A stretch of 64,000 nucleotides of DNA, from IMG/VR virus record IMGVR_UViG_3300034418_007342, positions 1 through 64,000 of that record. One strand, given 5' to 3'. Within the stretch, counting starts at the first letter, position 1. The number at the start of each line of letters is the position of its first letter. The notes under the pieces were generated by a model. That model was not told the DNA's origin. It saw only the letters and a list, made by a program, of their open reading frames with translations, and ran no database searches. This stretch comes from an uncultured virus (IMG/VR IMGVR_UViG_3300034418_007342). Taxonomy: Duplodnaviria; Heunggongvirae; Uroviricota; Caudoviricetes. Position numbers and translations under genes: made by a program. Shown in pieces: positions 41,043 to 51,229 of the stretch.

Positions 41043-42108
41043 ATCTATCTTTTTGAAAGTATTTTTGTCAAAACATAATTTAGATTTTTTTATGACTTTT
41101 GAAAATGAACTAAATTTATCAAATTTTTATATTAATAGGTTGAACTCGGCGGTAAATTACTGGGAGCCATTGCAAGTTACAGATTTTTTAGTTGTTGATC
41201 CAGAATCTATACAGAAAAATAAAATTTTAAAAAAAATAATCGAGAGTCATACAAATAATGGTGGCTATATCATTTATTTTGAACCTGCAGAAGGAACAAC
41301 GCTGTTTAAAAGACATTTACAGATATTTAAAGAAAACGTCTTGAAGAATTTTGTAATAGTTTCTTGTGCTTCTTTTAATAGTCAAAATTTTAAAGATTTT
41401 TTACTTTTAAATCATTTGTTTTATTCTTATACTACATATGATTGGAATTTATCTTGCTGCTCACAGTATTCGGAGGAGGTAATTAATGCAAGAAATAAAA
41501 AGTATTCTTTTAATCTTCTCAATATGAAATATCGTTATCATAGAAGTTATATAGTAGATAAATTAAAAGAAAATAAGAGTTTAGACAATGCAGTATGGTC
41601 ACAAGTGTATAAGGGCATGTATTTGGCCGACGAAATGAATGATGCCTTTCATAAAGCGCAAACTCGTCAAAGCGACGGCAGCGACAAAGTAAAAATAAAT
41701 CCTTTACTTTACTTACAAAGTTATTTTTCGGTTGTAACTGAAACTAATTATGAACATCAAGAGCAGTTTTTTACTGAAAAAATCACAAAGCCATTGCTAA
41801 TGGGCCACCCATTTGTAGTTGTCGCTAATAAAAATTTTTATAAATTTTTGCACAATGAGGGTTTCAAAACCTTCAATAATCTAATTGACGAATCATTTGA
41901 TAGTATAGACAATCACCAAGACAGATTTAACAGAATTGCAGAAGTCATTAAAGAACTAGTAAACTCTGATTTGAATCAGTTTTTAACAGAAACCGAAGCA
42001 ATTGTTAGATATAACAAAGACTTGTTATTAGAAAAAGCCGAAAATTATTTTAAAAATCTAAACAAAGATGTAGTAAATTTTTTAAATCGGGTAAAGGCAT
42101 ATCATTAA
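41032..42108 (+). CDS. Putative glycosyltransferase-like protein (TEK..KP motif)
   Basis: FSVVTET...FFTEKITKPLLMGHPF...GFKTF..LIDESFD, homologous by eye to 2150..3244. AT-rich. Confidence 0.5.
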   Translation: MQNESIFLKVFLSKHNLDFFMTFENELNLSNFYINRLNSAVNYWEPLQVTDFLVVDPESIQKNKILKKIIESHTNNGGYIIYFEPAEGTTLFKRHLQIFKENVLKNFVIVSCASFNSQNFKDFLLLNHLFYSYTTYDWNLSCCSQYSEEVINARNKKYSFNLLNMKYRYHRSYIVDKLKENKSLDNAVWSQVYKGMYLADEMNDAFHKAQTRQSDGSDKVKINPLLYLQSYFSVVTETNYEHQEQFFTEKITKPLLMGHPFVVVANKNFYKFLHNEGFKTFNNLIDESFDSIDNHQDRFNRIAEVIKELVNSDLNQFLTETEAIVRYNKDLLLEKAENYFKNLNKDVVNFLNRVKAYH

Positions 42109-43446
42109 ATGAAAGAAACTGATTTAGAATACAAACAGAGAGTTATAGATATAAAGTCTACAAGTTTCTGTGCGGCCAAATGGTATAACGCTACCATATG
42201 GTTGGGTTCAGGCATGACTACCAGTTGTCATCATCCACTTCCACATAAAGTGGGAATAGCAGAAGTAGAACAAAATCCCAAAGCATTACATAATACCGAA
42301 CGTAAAAAAATGGAACGTGAAATGATGCAGCAGGGAGAACGTCCGGATGGCTGCGAGTATTGCTGGAAAATAGAAGACATGGGCAGAGATGCTGTCAGCG
42401 ACCGTGTGTATAAAACAAAGATATATACAGAAGAGGAACTCGATGCGGCTTTTAGAACACCCTTTAGTCAAGACGTTGATCTCAAGACTTTGGAGATTGC
42501 CTTCGACAGGACTTGCCAGTTTGCTTGTAGTTACTGTAATCCTGCTTTCAGTAGTACTTGGGTTAATGATATTAAAAAACATGGCGGGTACACCAATCTC
42601 ATCTCGGATGGTAGGAATCATTTTACTCATACTCATGATAGTAGCCAACTATACCGCTTTGGTGATACTAATCCGTATGTGGAAGCCTTCTACCAATGGT
42701 GGGAGTCAGACCTACATAGAACGCTGGAAGAACTTAGAATAACAGGCGGTGAACCTTTAATGTCGGGCGAAACTTGGCGTTTGCTGGATTGGTTTAAAAA
42801 CAACAGAGGTAAGAGTCAGACACGTCTTGCTATAAACAGTAACCTCGGCGCACAGGTAGATTTAGATAGGCTACTTGACAGCATTGATGGATTAGAAGTT
42901 GATTTGTATACCAGCAATGAATCAATGGGCGTACAAGCAGAGTACATCCGTGACGGTTTAGACTTTGCAGCATGGCAGGACAACATGCACAAGTTAGCCA
43001 AAAGCAAAAAGTTAAGAGGCTTACATGTAATGTGTACCATTAACGCATTGTGTCTTGACTCACTGCCAGATTTCCTAACTTGGATAATGGAAACAAAAAG
43101 CCGTTACGGCAGAGACTATCCAAACTTTACACTAAACATTTTACGGTTCCCCAGTTTTCAAAGTGCATTGGTGTTGCCCGACGATATTAGAATGCGGTAT
43201 AAAGAACAACTGGAACGCTGGTTAAACATTTATCAGTATCATGTCTTTATGCACGAGCACGAACGCAATCATGTGCAACGACTAATAGATTATTTAGACA
43301 TAGTTAAGACTCCGCATAGAGAAGCATTTGAAATGCCCAAACTACACAACGATTTTAAACAGTTTTATTCACAGTATGACGTGCGTAGAAACAAAGACTT
43401 AATCACCGCATTTCCTGCGTTGAAAACTTGGTATAATACATTATGA
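42109..43446 (+). CDS. Radical SAM protein with N-terminal twitch-like module (CxAKW subtype)
   Basis: CQFACSYC and TGGEP. N-terminal CAAKW...SCHHP...CEYCW. Confidence 0.9.
   Translation: MKETDLEYKQRVIDIKSTSFCAAKWYNATIWLGSGMTTSCHHPLPHKVGIAEVEQNPKALHNTERKKMEREMMQQGERPDGCEYCWKIEDMGRDAVSDRVYKTKIYTEEELDAAFRTPFSQDVDLKTLEIAFDRTCQFACSYCNPAFSSTWVNDIKKHGGYTNLISDGRNHFTHTHDSSQLYRFGDTNPYVEAFYQWWESDLHRTLEELRITGGEPLMSGETWRLLDWFKNNRGKSQTRLAINSNLGAQVDLDRLLDSIDGLEVDLYTSNESMGVQAEYIRDGLDFAAWQDNMHKLAKSKKLRGLHVMCTINALCLDSLPDFLTWIMETKSRYGRDYPNFTLNILRFPSFQSALVLPDDIRMRYKEQLERWLNIYQYHVFMHEHERNHVQRLIDYLDIVKTPHREAFEMPKLHNDFKQFYSQYDVRRNKDLITAFPALKTWYNTL
43429..43437 (+). promoter_or_regulatory. Extended -10 promoter (TGnTATAAT), near-leaderless
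   Basis: TGGTATAAT ends 5 nt before ATG 43443. Confidence 0.5.
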
Positions 43447-44750
43447 AAAAAATTCAACCCAATTACAATGACCGCGCACCTTATCACATTAGGAAAGAAG
43501 ATTTAACTGAAAAACAATGGGACAGACTTGTAAAAAGTGAAACATTTTGTATGCTACCATGGATGCACATGCATGCCTATCCAGATGGTAGAACTTACCC
43601 TTGTTGTTTTGCTGAATATTGGGCGCCAGTTGGAGATTTACGCAAACATACTATGGAAGAAGTATGGAATCAAGAACCTTATCGACAAATACGGATCAAT
43701 ATGTTGAACGATAAGACCTGTAAAGAATGTAAAAAATGTTATGAAAATGAACGCAATGGTGCATTTAGTATGCGTAACGATGCAAATAGAAATTACGGTC
43801 ATTTAATTAGTGAAGTAGATCGAACAGGAGTTGATGGTAGTCATCCTGAATTCAAGATTAGATACTGGGATGTACGTTTTAGTAATTTGTGTAATTTTCG
43901 TTGCCGTAGTTGTGGGCCGATCTTTAGTAGTAATTGGTGGAACGATCACGTAAAACTTTACAACAGAATTCCAGATGTACTTGGAAGAGATATGGCTCGG
44001 GTTGAGTATACAACTGGCAACGAGGATGATATGATTGCTCAGATGGAGCCTCATGTACCCTATCTTGAACAAGTTTATTTTGCTGGTGGCGAACCTTTAA
44101 TAATGAAAGAACATTATTACATCTTAGATAGATTGATGGAGTTAGGAAAAACTGACACAAGAATAATTTATAATACAAATTTCAGTGAGTTAAGATATAA
44201 AGACAAGCATGTGTTTGACTACTGGAAGCATTTTAAAAACGTAAGTGTTGGAGCCAGTTTAGATGGCATGGGCAAACAGGCAGAGCTTCTAAGAAAAGGA
44301 ACAGTTTGGGAAGAGGTAGAGAAAAATAGGTTACAGATGAGGAATGAAGTGCCGCACGTAGACTTTTTTGCTAGTGCAACTATTACCGTAATGAATGTTT
44401 TACATGTACTAAAATTTCATCGTGCATGGGTTGAAAAAGGATTAATTAGAGCACAAGATTTTAATGTCAATAATTGTCTGAGTCCAGACTGGTACAGGGT
44501 AGATATTTTCCCAACTTGGTTCAAAGAAGAAGTTATCTATCCTGCTTATGAAGAACATCTTGCTTGGCTAGAACCATTAGACGAGTATAAACGGGCCACA
44601 ACAGGTTACCAGAGTATTTTAAATATGATGAAAGCAAATGATGCTAGCGATACTTGGGATAGATTTTTGTTAGAAACCGAGAAATTAGACAAAATTAGAA
44701 ACGAAAGTTTTTGGGATACATTCCCAGAGTTTGAGAAATTACGCCCATGA
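43443..44750 (+). CDS. Radical SAM protein with N-terminal twitch-like module (CxxPW subtype)
   Basis: CNFRCRSC and FAGGEP. N-terminal CMLPW...YPCC...CKKC. Confidence 0.9.
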   Translation: MKKIQPNYNDRAPYHIRKEDLTEKQWDRLVKSETFCMLPWMHMHAYPDGRTYPCCFAEYWAPVGDLRKHTMEEVWNQEPYRQIRINMLNDKTCKECKKCYENERNGAFSMRNDANRNYGHLISEVDRTGVDGSHPEFKIRYWDVRFSNLCNFRCRSCGPIFSSNWWNDHVKLYNRIPDVLGRDMARVEYTTGNEDDMIAQMEPHVPYLEQVYFAGGEPLIMKEHYYILDRLMELGKTDTRIIYNTNFSELRYKDKHVFDYWKHFKNVSVGASLDGMGKQAELLRKGTVWEEVEKNRLQMRNEVPHVDFFASATITVMNVLHVLKFHRAWVEKGLIRAQDFNVNNCLSPDWYRVDIFPTWFKEEVIYPAYEEHLAWLEPLDEYKRATTGYQSILNMMKANDASDTWDRFLLETEKLDKIRNESFWDTFPEFEKLRP

Positions 44751-45175
44751 GTAGATTTTATACATATGAAGTGTTATTACGTAGAGACGGTGGCTTAAAT
44801 AAAACAGTCTACATACACGATTGTCTGAGTGACCAAGAGGCCCGAGAAACTGCGGAAGCAATGTACGGTATGGAAGTGTTGCGTGTATTGTGGAAGGGTC
44901 GCACAGACGACTGGGAAAATAGAAATAACTCAAGTGTTGGTTCTGTTTCCAATAACAATAATAATAAGGAAACATCTACTATGACATTTACAGAAATGGT
45001 AGGAGCAATATTAGTACTTGCATTAATGTTCTTCATACTTTTAATTTATGAGATGCTGTTAGCAACATGGGCGTTCATAGTTGCTTATTGGCCTTGGATC
45101 CTTGGAGTTGGTATATTTGTGTTTATAATCTGGGCATGGTTGTTACCAGATGAAGAGGAAGATGAAGAAACTTGA
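44747..45175 (+). CDS. Small membrane protein
   Basis: Soluble N-terminal domain, S/N-rich linker, two hydrophobic segments and an acidic tail. Confidence 0.65.
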   Translation: MSRFYTYEVLLRRDGGLNKTVYIHDCLSDQEARETAEAMYGMEVLRVLWKGRTDDWENRNNSSVGSVSNNNNNKETSTMTFTEMVGAILVLALMFFILLIYEMLLATWAFIVAYWPWILGVGIFVFIIWAWLLPDEEEDEET

Positions 45176-46919
45176 TATATTAATTGTTAGTGTACCGGTA
45201 CTTGATTTACAATATCCTCCAAGTAGTCCTGCAATTATAAAAGCATGTGCAAAAGCAGCAGGGTATTCTGCACGAACCTTAGACTTAAACTTACTTTTAA
45301 AAAAATTAAGCAGCGACGAACAAGAATTTTATACAACGCAATATCAATTTGAAAATGTAAGCAAAGACATTGATGAAAATTATCAAGATATCGTAGACTT
45401 ATTTTTTACTTCTAGCAAAGATAAAATAAGAAAATGGATTGATATTAGTATAGAAGAAATTGCTAAATTAAATCCAACTTGGTTGGGGATAAGTGTTTTT
45501 AGTTATAAAAGTCACAAGTCCGCCCTGGTATTGTGTGAGCAAGTTAAAAAAAGATTGCCTAAAATAAAGATTGTTTTAGGAGGAAGAGGTGCGTCCAGCT
45601 ACCCCTTGGGTCCAAATCACTTTGCATTTATCTCAAAAAGTAAAAAATACTTTGGATCATATAAATCTGCAGTGTTTGGAGAAGCCCTTTTACACTACAA
45701 TCTCATTGATAGTTTAATACAAGGAGATGGGGAGCAAGCAATAATAGACTTGTTGTCTGGATCTCAATTTGAAAGTCATCATGGGGACATAAACAAGATT
45801 AATTTAGAAACATTACCTTTTGTGGATTTCGACGACTATAAACTCGATGATTACAATTATGTCAACGAGCCCACGATACCTATTACTGGTAGCAAAGGTT
45901 GTGTAAGAAAATGTACGTTTTGTGATATTCCGGTACTTTGGCCAAAGTTTAAATATCGTTCAGGAGAACATATTGCACAGGAAATGATTCACTTGTATAA
46001 AAAGCACAATGTCCAAAAGTTTTATATGAGCGACAGCCTTGTAAACGGCAGTATGAAAGCATTTAAAGACTTTATTAAAACTTTGGCTGACTATAACTTA
46101 AAAAATCAAGAAGCAAGATTAAAATGGGTCGGGCAATATATTACAAGACCGATTAGTAAAGAATTAAATGAAGAATACTATGCTTTATTAAAGGCTAGCG
46201 GAGGAGAAGGTCTTACAATCGGGGTGGAGAGTGGCAGCGATGCAGTACGAGCGCACATGAAAAAACAGTTCAAAACTGTTGACATAGACGCAGAATTAGA
46301 GCAATTTGATAAACATGGCATTGTTTGTGTGCTTTTGTTCTTTAGTTGTTATCCAACTGAGACGTATCAAGATTTTATAGACACTGTTAAAATGTTTATA
46401 CGATATCAAAAATATTGTGCAAGCGGCACAGTTTACAAAATTACACTGGGAATACCATATACCCATCATCAGCATACTCCATTGTGGAATATGCAAGAGG
46501 ACATAGGTTTATCGATAAAAAAAGGCAGTGACATACTTTGGTCTTTAAATACTAATTCAACGTTGACTTTCAAAGAAAGAATTAGACGTAGATTAATACT
46601 GCAAGAAGTAGCAACAGTACTAAGATTACCAATGAGTCGAAATACCCCAGAATTAAACCAACTAATTGATGCAATGAAACTGCATAAGCAGGACATTGAA
46701 GAATATTTTGGCAAAGAAGAAAAAATTGTCACTTACGCTGACAATTATAATTTGTTGGGCGACGAAGTTTTGATGCCTCCTGATATACAAACTATGATAG
46801 CAGAACACCTTAACGCTACAAACTATTTAGAAAAAATTCTTGCTACTCATAAAAATACCAACGATGATATACAGTTTGATAATTCTGCATATCTAGAATT
46901 AAGAGAACTAATACTATGA
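45150..46919 (+). CDS. B12-binding-domain radical SAM protein (class B-like, putative methyltransferase)
   Basis: N-terminal PP..PA.IKA..DLN, LGISVFS, LGG and GDGE. Core SKGCVRKCTFC, DSLVNG and IGVESGS. Confidence 0.85.
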   Translation: MKRKMKKLDILIVSVPVLDLQYPPSSPAIIKACAKAAGYSARTLDLNLLLKKLSSDEQEFYTTQYQFENVSKDIDENYQDIVDLFFTSSKDKIRKWIDISIEEIAKLNPTWLGISVFSYKSHKSALVLCEQVKKRLPKIKIVLGGRGASSYPLGPNHFAFISKSKKYFGSYKSAVFGEALLHYNLIDSLIQGDGEQAIIDLLSGSQFESHHGDINKINLETLPFVDFDDYKLDDYNYVNEPTIPITGSKGCVRKCTFCDIPVLWPKFKYRSGEHIAQEMIHLYKKHNVQKFYMSDSLVNGSMKAFKDFIKTLADYNLKNQEARLKWVGQYITRPISKELNEEYYALLKASGGEGLTIGVESGSDAVRAHMKKQFKTVDIDAELEQFDKHGIVCVLLFFSCYPTETYQDFIDTVKMFIRYQKYCASGTVYKITLGIPYTHHQHTPLWNMQEDIGLSIKKGSDILWSLNTNSTLTFKERIRRRLILQEVATVLRLPMSRNTPELNQLIDAMKLHKQDIEEYFGKEEKIVTYADNYNLLGDEVLMPPDIQTMIAEHLNATNYLEKILATHKNTNDDIQFDNSAYLELRELIL

Positions 46920-48130
46920 ACTTGCCTGATTCCATATGTATGTTACCGTGGACTAGTTTAGAAGCAACACCTCAAGGTACTTCTAGACCATGCTGTTTGT
47001 TCGACGAAGAGATAGTAGACAAGGAAGGTAACAAATTTTGGTTAAAAGATGCAAGTCTGCAGGAAATTTATAAATCAGAATATCTTCAAAATCTACGACA
47101 AGATTTTTTAAACGGAGGAAAACCTAAGGCCTGTTTCAGATGTTGGGATGCGGAAGCAGCTGGGGCAACTAGTAAGCGTATGCACACCAGGACAAGGCTA
47201 AAAGAGTTGTATGCCAACGTTGATTGGAGTAACTTACAACCCGATCAGTTATGGTTTTTAGATTTAAAATTAGGGAATATTTGTAATTTAAAATGTCGAA
47301 TATGTGGAAGTTGGTCAAGTAGTAAGTGGGCAGAGGAAGAAATAAAATACGTAAAAGGTTTAAAAAACCCTAAAGAACATTTGGCTTATACTTTTCTTCA
47401 ACAAGGAATGTGGCCTAGAAAGTCTGACTTATTCTGGCAGAATCTAAAAAAACTTTTGCCACAAATAAAATACTTCGAATTTACGGGAGGCGAACCGTGG
47501 CTTATTCAAGAACACTGGGATTTGTTAAAGTATGCCGCAGACAATGGGTATAGTAAAAATATTGATATACATTACAACACCAATGCCACACAGGAACTGG
47601 GCCCGCACACACAGATATGGAGTGAGTTTGGTCGTGTGGACATTGCGTTTAGTGTAGATAATGTAGGTGAGCGTTTTGAATATGAACGTTATGGTGCGGA
47701 CTGGACAAAAGCAAACAAAATTATTGACGATGTTCACTTTGCTAGAAGTGCAGATACACCTAATATTACCACACAACTTTGTTTTACTGTTAACATACAA
47801 AATGTTTACTACTTAGACGAATTATTAGATTGGGCTGATACAAAACCTTTTGATACTATATATTTTAATCTATTAACTAGTCCAAGTCATATGAGTATTC
47901 AATATATGACCCCGGAGTCAAAAGAACTTGTATTAAACAAATTAAAAAGCATGTTCTGGGGCAGAGATTTTTATCAACGTGAAATTAATAATGTAATTAA
48001 GTTTATTGAAAACGGTCCAGGCAGTGACGGCACCGAATTCGTGCGTAAAATGACCAAAACCGATCAATATAGAAAACAGGACTTTCGACTGCTGTATCCT
48101 GAAATGGCAGCAACAATGGGATATGACTAA
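46916..48130 (+). CDS. Radical SAM protein with N-terminal twitch-like module (CxxPW subtype)
   Basis: CNLKCRIC and FTGGEP. N-terminal CMLPW...RPCC...CFRC. Confidence 0.9.
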   Translation: MNLPDSICMLPWTSLEATPQGTSRPCCLFDEEIVDKEGNKFWLKDASLQEIYKSEYLQNLRQDFLNGGKPKACFRCWDAEAAGATSKRMHTRTRLKELYANVDWSNLQPDQLWFLDLKLGNICNLKCRICGSWSSSKWAEEEIKYVKGLKNPKEHLAYTFLQQGMWPRKSDLFWQNLKKLLPQIKYFEFTGGEPWLIQEHWDLLKYAADNGYSKNIDIHYNTNATQELGPHTQIWSEFGRVDIAFSVDNVGERFEYERYGADWTKANKIIDDVHFARSADTPNITTQLCFTVNIQNVYYLDELLDWADTKPFDTIYFNLLTSPSHMSIQYMTPESKELVLNKLKSMFWGRDFYQREINNVIKFIENGPGSDGTEFVRKMTKTDQYRKQDFRLLYPEMAATMGYD

Positions 48131-49418
48131 ACCCGATACACTGTGCCTGGCACCTTGGACGCATACTTATTTGAGTCCGCAGACTGAACGCAGAATGTGT
48201 TGTGCTAGTAGAGAGCCTGCACAAAACTTTCAACAATACATAGATACCGAATCTGGCACTGGCGAATACATTCCTATTACACTAGAGGAACACTGGAACG
48301 GCGAACATATGCGTAGTGTGCGTCGTCGTATGATGGCAGGAGAAACACTGCCCGAGTGCGAAGTCTGTAACGACAAGCTGTTAAACACAGACGTTTACCG
48401 CAGTTATTTCAACAACCTTTTTGGCAATAAGTACAACGACATACTGGACACAACCGACGAATCAGGTTATACCACAATGAAGCCTGTTAGTTGGGACTAT
48501 AGGTTTAGCAATCTCTGTAACTTCAAGTGTCGTATGTGTGGGGACATGTTAAGCAGTGCTTGGGAAAGTGAGCAACGCCAACATAACATGATCGACTACA
48601 CCAATCCAAAGAATAATTGGATGCGACCTGAAGTCAAGCAGCAGATTGAGCAGTTTCAAGATACCAAAATCGAACAAGAATTTAGTCAGGCAGTTGAGGA
48701 ACACAGAGTAGAAGAAGTCTACTGGGTGGGTGGAGAGCCTTTGATGTATGAACAGCACTGGCGTTATATGCAGAGAATAATAGAGTTAGGGGATGGTGAC
48801 AAACTATATGCCAGATATAATACTAATCTTAGCCGGCGCCGCTACCGGAATGTTGATCTGTTTAGTGATATTCTTCCTAGGATTCGCGATTGGCAGATCT
48901 GCGCGAGCATCGACGGAACTGGAGTCATTGGAGAATATATTAGAACAGGTCTTAACTATAACCAATGGCTTGAAAACTTTCGTGCAGGAGTTGAAATCCA
49001 ACGTCACAAAAGGCAAATGAGATTAGACTTCACATTAACACTGCCAGGCCTGTTTGAAATAGTAAATATTCAACAACTGGCAGACAAGTTAGGTGTTGAT
49101 GTGCTGTCAAAAGTTGTGTTTAGTTTTAGTCCCGACATAGTGATGTCGCCGTTAGCACTGCCCAAGGACATATTACATCCTTGGATAGACGAACTAGTAC
49201 CCCAAGTTAGAGGCGCCTTGCGGGACACATTAATCCAACTTAAAACTAGACCAACTTTTCAAGAGCAATGGCCTGATGAATATCGTGAGGGTATTAGTCG
49301 TGGCAAGCACCGCATACTAAGGTTAGAGCAAATAAGAGATCAAAAAACAACGTTTACTGACATTATCAGTCTACGTCCTGAAGCGCTCAAATGGTGGATG
49401 ACAATTGAAGACTGTTAA
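48123..49418 (+). CDS. Radical SAM protein with N-terminal twitch-like module (CxxPW subtype)
   Basis: CNFKCRMC and VGGEP. N-terminal CLAPW...RMCC...CEVC. Confidence 0.9.
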   Translation: MTKPDTLCLAPWTHTYLSPQTERRMCCASREPAQNFQQYIDTESGTGEYIPITLEEHWNGEHMRSVRRRMMAGETLPECEVCNDKLLNTDVYRSYFNNLFGNKYNDILDTTDESGYTTMKPVSWDYRFSNLCNFKCRMCGDMLSSAWESEQRQHNMIDYTNPKNNWMRPEVKQQIEQFQDTKIEQEFSQAVEEHRVEEVYWVGGEPLMYEQHWRYMQRIIELGDGDKLYARYNTNLSRRRYRNVDLFSDILPRIRDWQICASIDGTGVIGEYIRTGLNYNQWLENFRAGVEIQRHKRQMRLDFTLTLPGLFEIVNIQQLADKLGVDVLSKVVFSFSPDIVMSPLALPKDILHPWIDELVPQVRGALRDTLIQLKTRPTFQEQWPDEYREGISRGKHRILRLEQIRDQKTTFTDIISLRPEALKWWMTIEDC

Positions 49419-50484
49419 AGTAGTATTACGCAATCCGTTAAATTATCAAGATCAAGTTGACTACACTATAGAAGTGTTCGACAATGCATTAGCACAAGAT
49501 TGGATTCCAGCATTAAAAGAATTGCTACATAAAAATCTTTTATTAGAAAAAAATTTTTGTTTTATGGGTTTTCCTAAAACTGCAAGGACCTTGGATTATC
49601 TTTGTAACGAGTTAAATCAACATTGTAAAACTATTAATAAGCACTTTCCATCTTATCAAATTGAAGAGTTTTTTACGCCAGATAATGTTGTTGGATACGA
49701 TTATGCCGAAAACGGTATAAATCATGACATGATGAATCGGTTACACAATCATTTCGAAGTATTGCAAGGAACTGTCTGGAATTTAAGTGATTATTATAAA
49801 CGTGCAGACTATGAAACAAAATATGCAATTAGACAGTTAAACAATATTTGTCACGAAATGGAAACATTGATTTTAAGCCAGCGAAAATTCAATACCGTTC
49901 CTTATTGGGTCAGGCCTAGTCAAATTACTACATGGTTACAAGCACCCAGGTACGATCTTAAAGACATACATAGAGAATTGTTTTTAGTGAATGGTTATGA
50001 TAGAGTGTTAGGCGGAGTATACATGCACTGGACACAGATAGGTAAAACACTGTTTGAAGTTTTCAGAGATGAGCATGCACCTGAACTTACAGATACTGTT
50101 TGTGAAGCAATCACCGAGTTAAAGTATTATAGCGGTGAGTTTGATGTTGAATGGGGTAACAATGTAGTTTATGGAGGCGAACAATTGTGGCACAATCAAG
50201 AACAAGACAACTTTAAAAAATGGTTAACAGATAATAACCGAGATCCTGATGACCCAAAACTAAGTTTAGGATATTTGCCTATCGCACAAGTAAATTTAAA
50301 ACAAAGTTTTGGATCTACAGATTATAACGATATATGGGATATACTCGGTAATCATTTAGACATTTATAAAATCGTCGTTAATGACGTAGAACAAACATTT
50401 GATTACTGTTGGTCAGATCTTAGTTATAATCAAATGCAAATAGATATGATGAAACCAGGTTATGATTATAGTAGCAGGCGGTGA
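49405..50484 (+). CDS. Hypothetical protein
   Basis: 359-aa coupled ORF with LHNHFE, NNICHEME and YMHWTQIGKT. Function not recognised. Confidence 0.65.
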   Translation: MKTVKVVLRNPLNYQDQVDYTIEVFDNALAQDWIPALKELLHKNLLLEKNFCFMGFPKTARTLDYLCNELNQHCKTINKHFPSYQIEEFFTPDNVVGYDYAENGINHDMMNRLHNHFEVLQGTVWNLSDYYKRADYETKYAIRQLNNICHEMETLILSQRKFNTVPYWVRPSQITTWLQAPRYDLKDIHRELFLVNGYDRVLGGVYMHWTQIGKTLFEVFRDEHAPELTDTVCEAITELKYYSGEFDVEWGNNVVYGGEQLWHNQEQDNFKKWLTDNNRDPDDPKLSLGYLPIAQVNLKQSFGSTDYNDIWDILGNHLDIYKIVVNDVEQTFDYCWSDLSYNQMQIDMMKPGYDYSSRR

Positions 50485-51229
50485 TAGTTTCATATGGGGC
50501 AGCGAACTAGCAGATAGTCCGCACGGTGGCCCAGACGGATACAGTAAAAATACTTTTACAGCATTGTTATCTCACGGACATCAATATATTTGTGCAGCCT
50601 ATCCTGGTAATGGAAATGATTCTATTTCAAGACAGGTAATAAATTTTTTGCAAGTACAAGGCAATAGCAAAATTTTTGTTATTGTTTCTTGGACTTTTCC
50701 AGGCCGTTATGAATTTAATTTCGGTTTTGATAGTAAAATACCAAATTGGCAAGTTATAAATCATTGGACCATTGGAAATAAGTTTTATTCAAAAAATAAT
50801 GAACACAAAAAATTAATATCTGACCATGTAAACAAGGCCAAACTTAACAATGTGTATGATTTTGCTGTAAATTATTTTCAATATGTTGCTTCCTCAGAAT
50901 ATTGGGAGACTTATGCTACCATTAAAGAAATATTATTTTTACAAAGTTTTCTACAAAGCAAAAAAATACCTTACTTGTTTACCTGTGCCGACGCATCTTT
51001 TTTAAATAACTCAACAATTTTGTCAAACGATCTGACCATTAACGCATATTATGAAAATATCGATTTTAGTAAATGGTTTTTCTTCCCTGGTAATAAAGGC
51101 TTTTACGAGTGGGCAACTCACAATAAATACCCTATAGGAGATACTCATCCTTTAGAAGCAGCTCACAGAGATGCTGCTGGATTAATGAAAGACAAATTCT
51201 ATGAAATGGTTAAAAAACATCTGGAATAA
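50462..51229 (+). CDS. SGNH/GDSL-like protein
   Basis: AGGDSFIWGSEL, AYPGNGNDSI, VSWTFPGR and THPLEAAH. Confidence 0.6.
   Translation: MIIVAGGDSFIWGSELADSPHGGPDGYSKNTFTALLSHGHQYICAAYPGNGNDSISRQVINFLQVQGNSKIFVIVSWTFPGRYEFNFGFDSKIPNWQVINHWTIGNKFYSKNNEHKKLISDHVNKAKLNNVYDFAVNYFQYVASSEYWETYATIKEILFLQSFLQSKKIPYLFTCADASFLNNSTILSNDLTINAYYENIDFSKWFFFPGNKGFYEWATHNKYPIGDTHPLEAAHRDAAGLMKDKFYEMVKKHLE

Noticed and set aside
44945..44970. AAT microsatellite as a phase-variation tract
   Set aside because: It is short, imperfect and in-frame, and simply encodes an Asn linker.
38570..49418. 7-deazaguanine (QueE) or anaerobic RNR-activase roles for the rSAMs
   Set aside because: No folE, queC, queD, dpdA or nrdD is in the window, and the proteins are longer with extra Cys modules.
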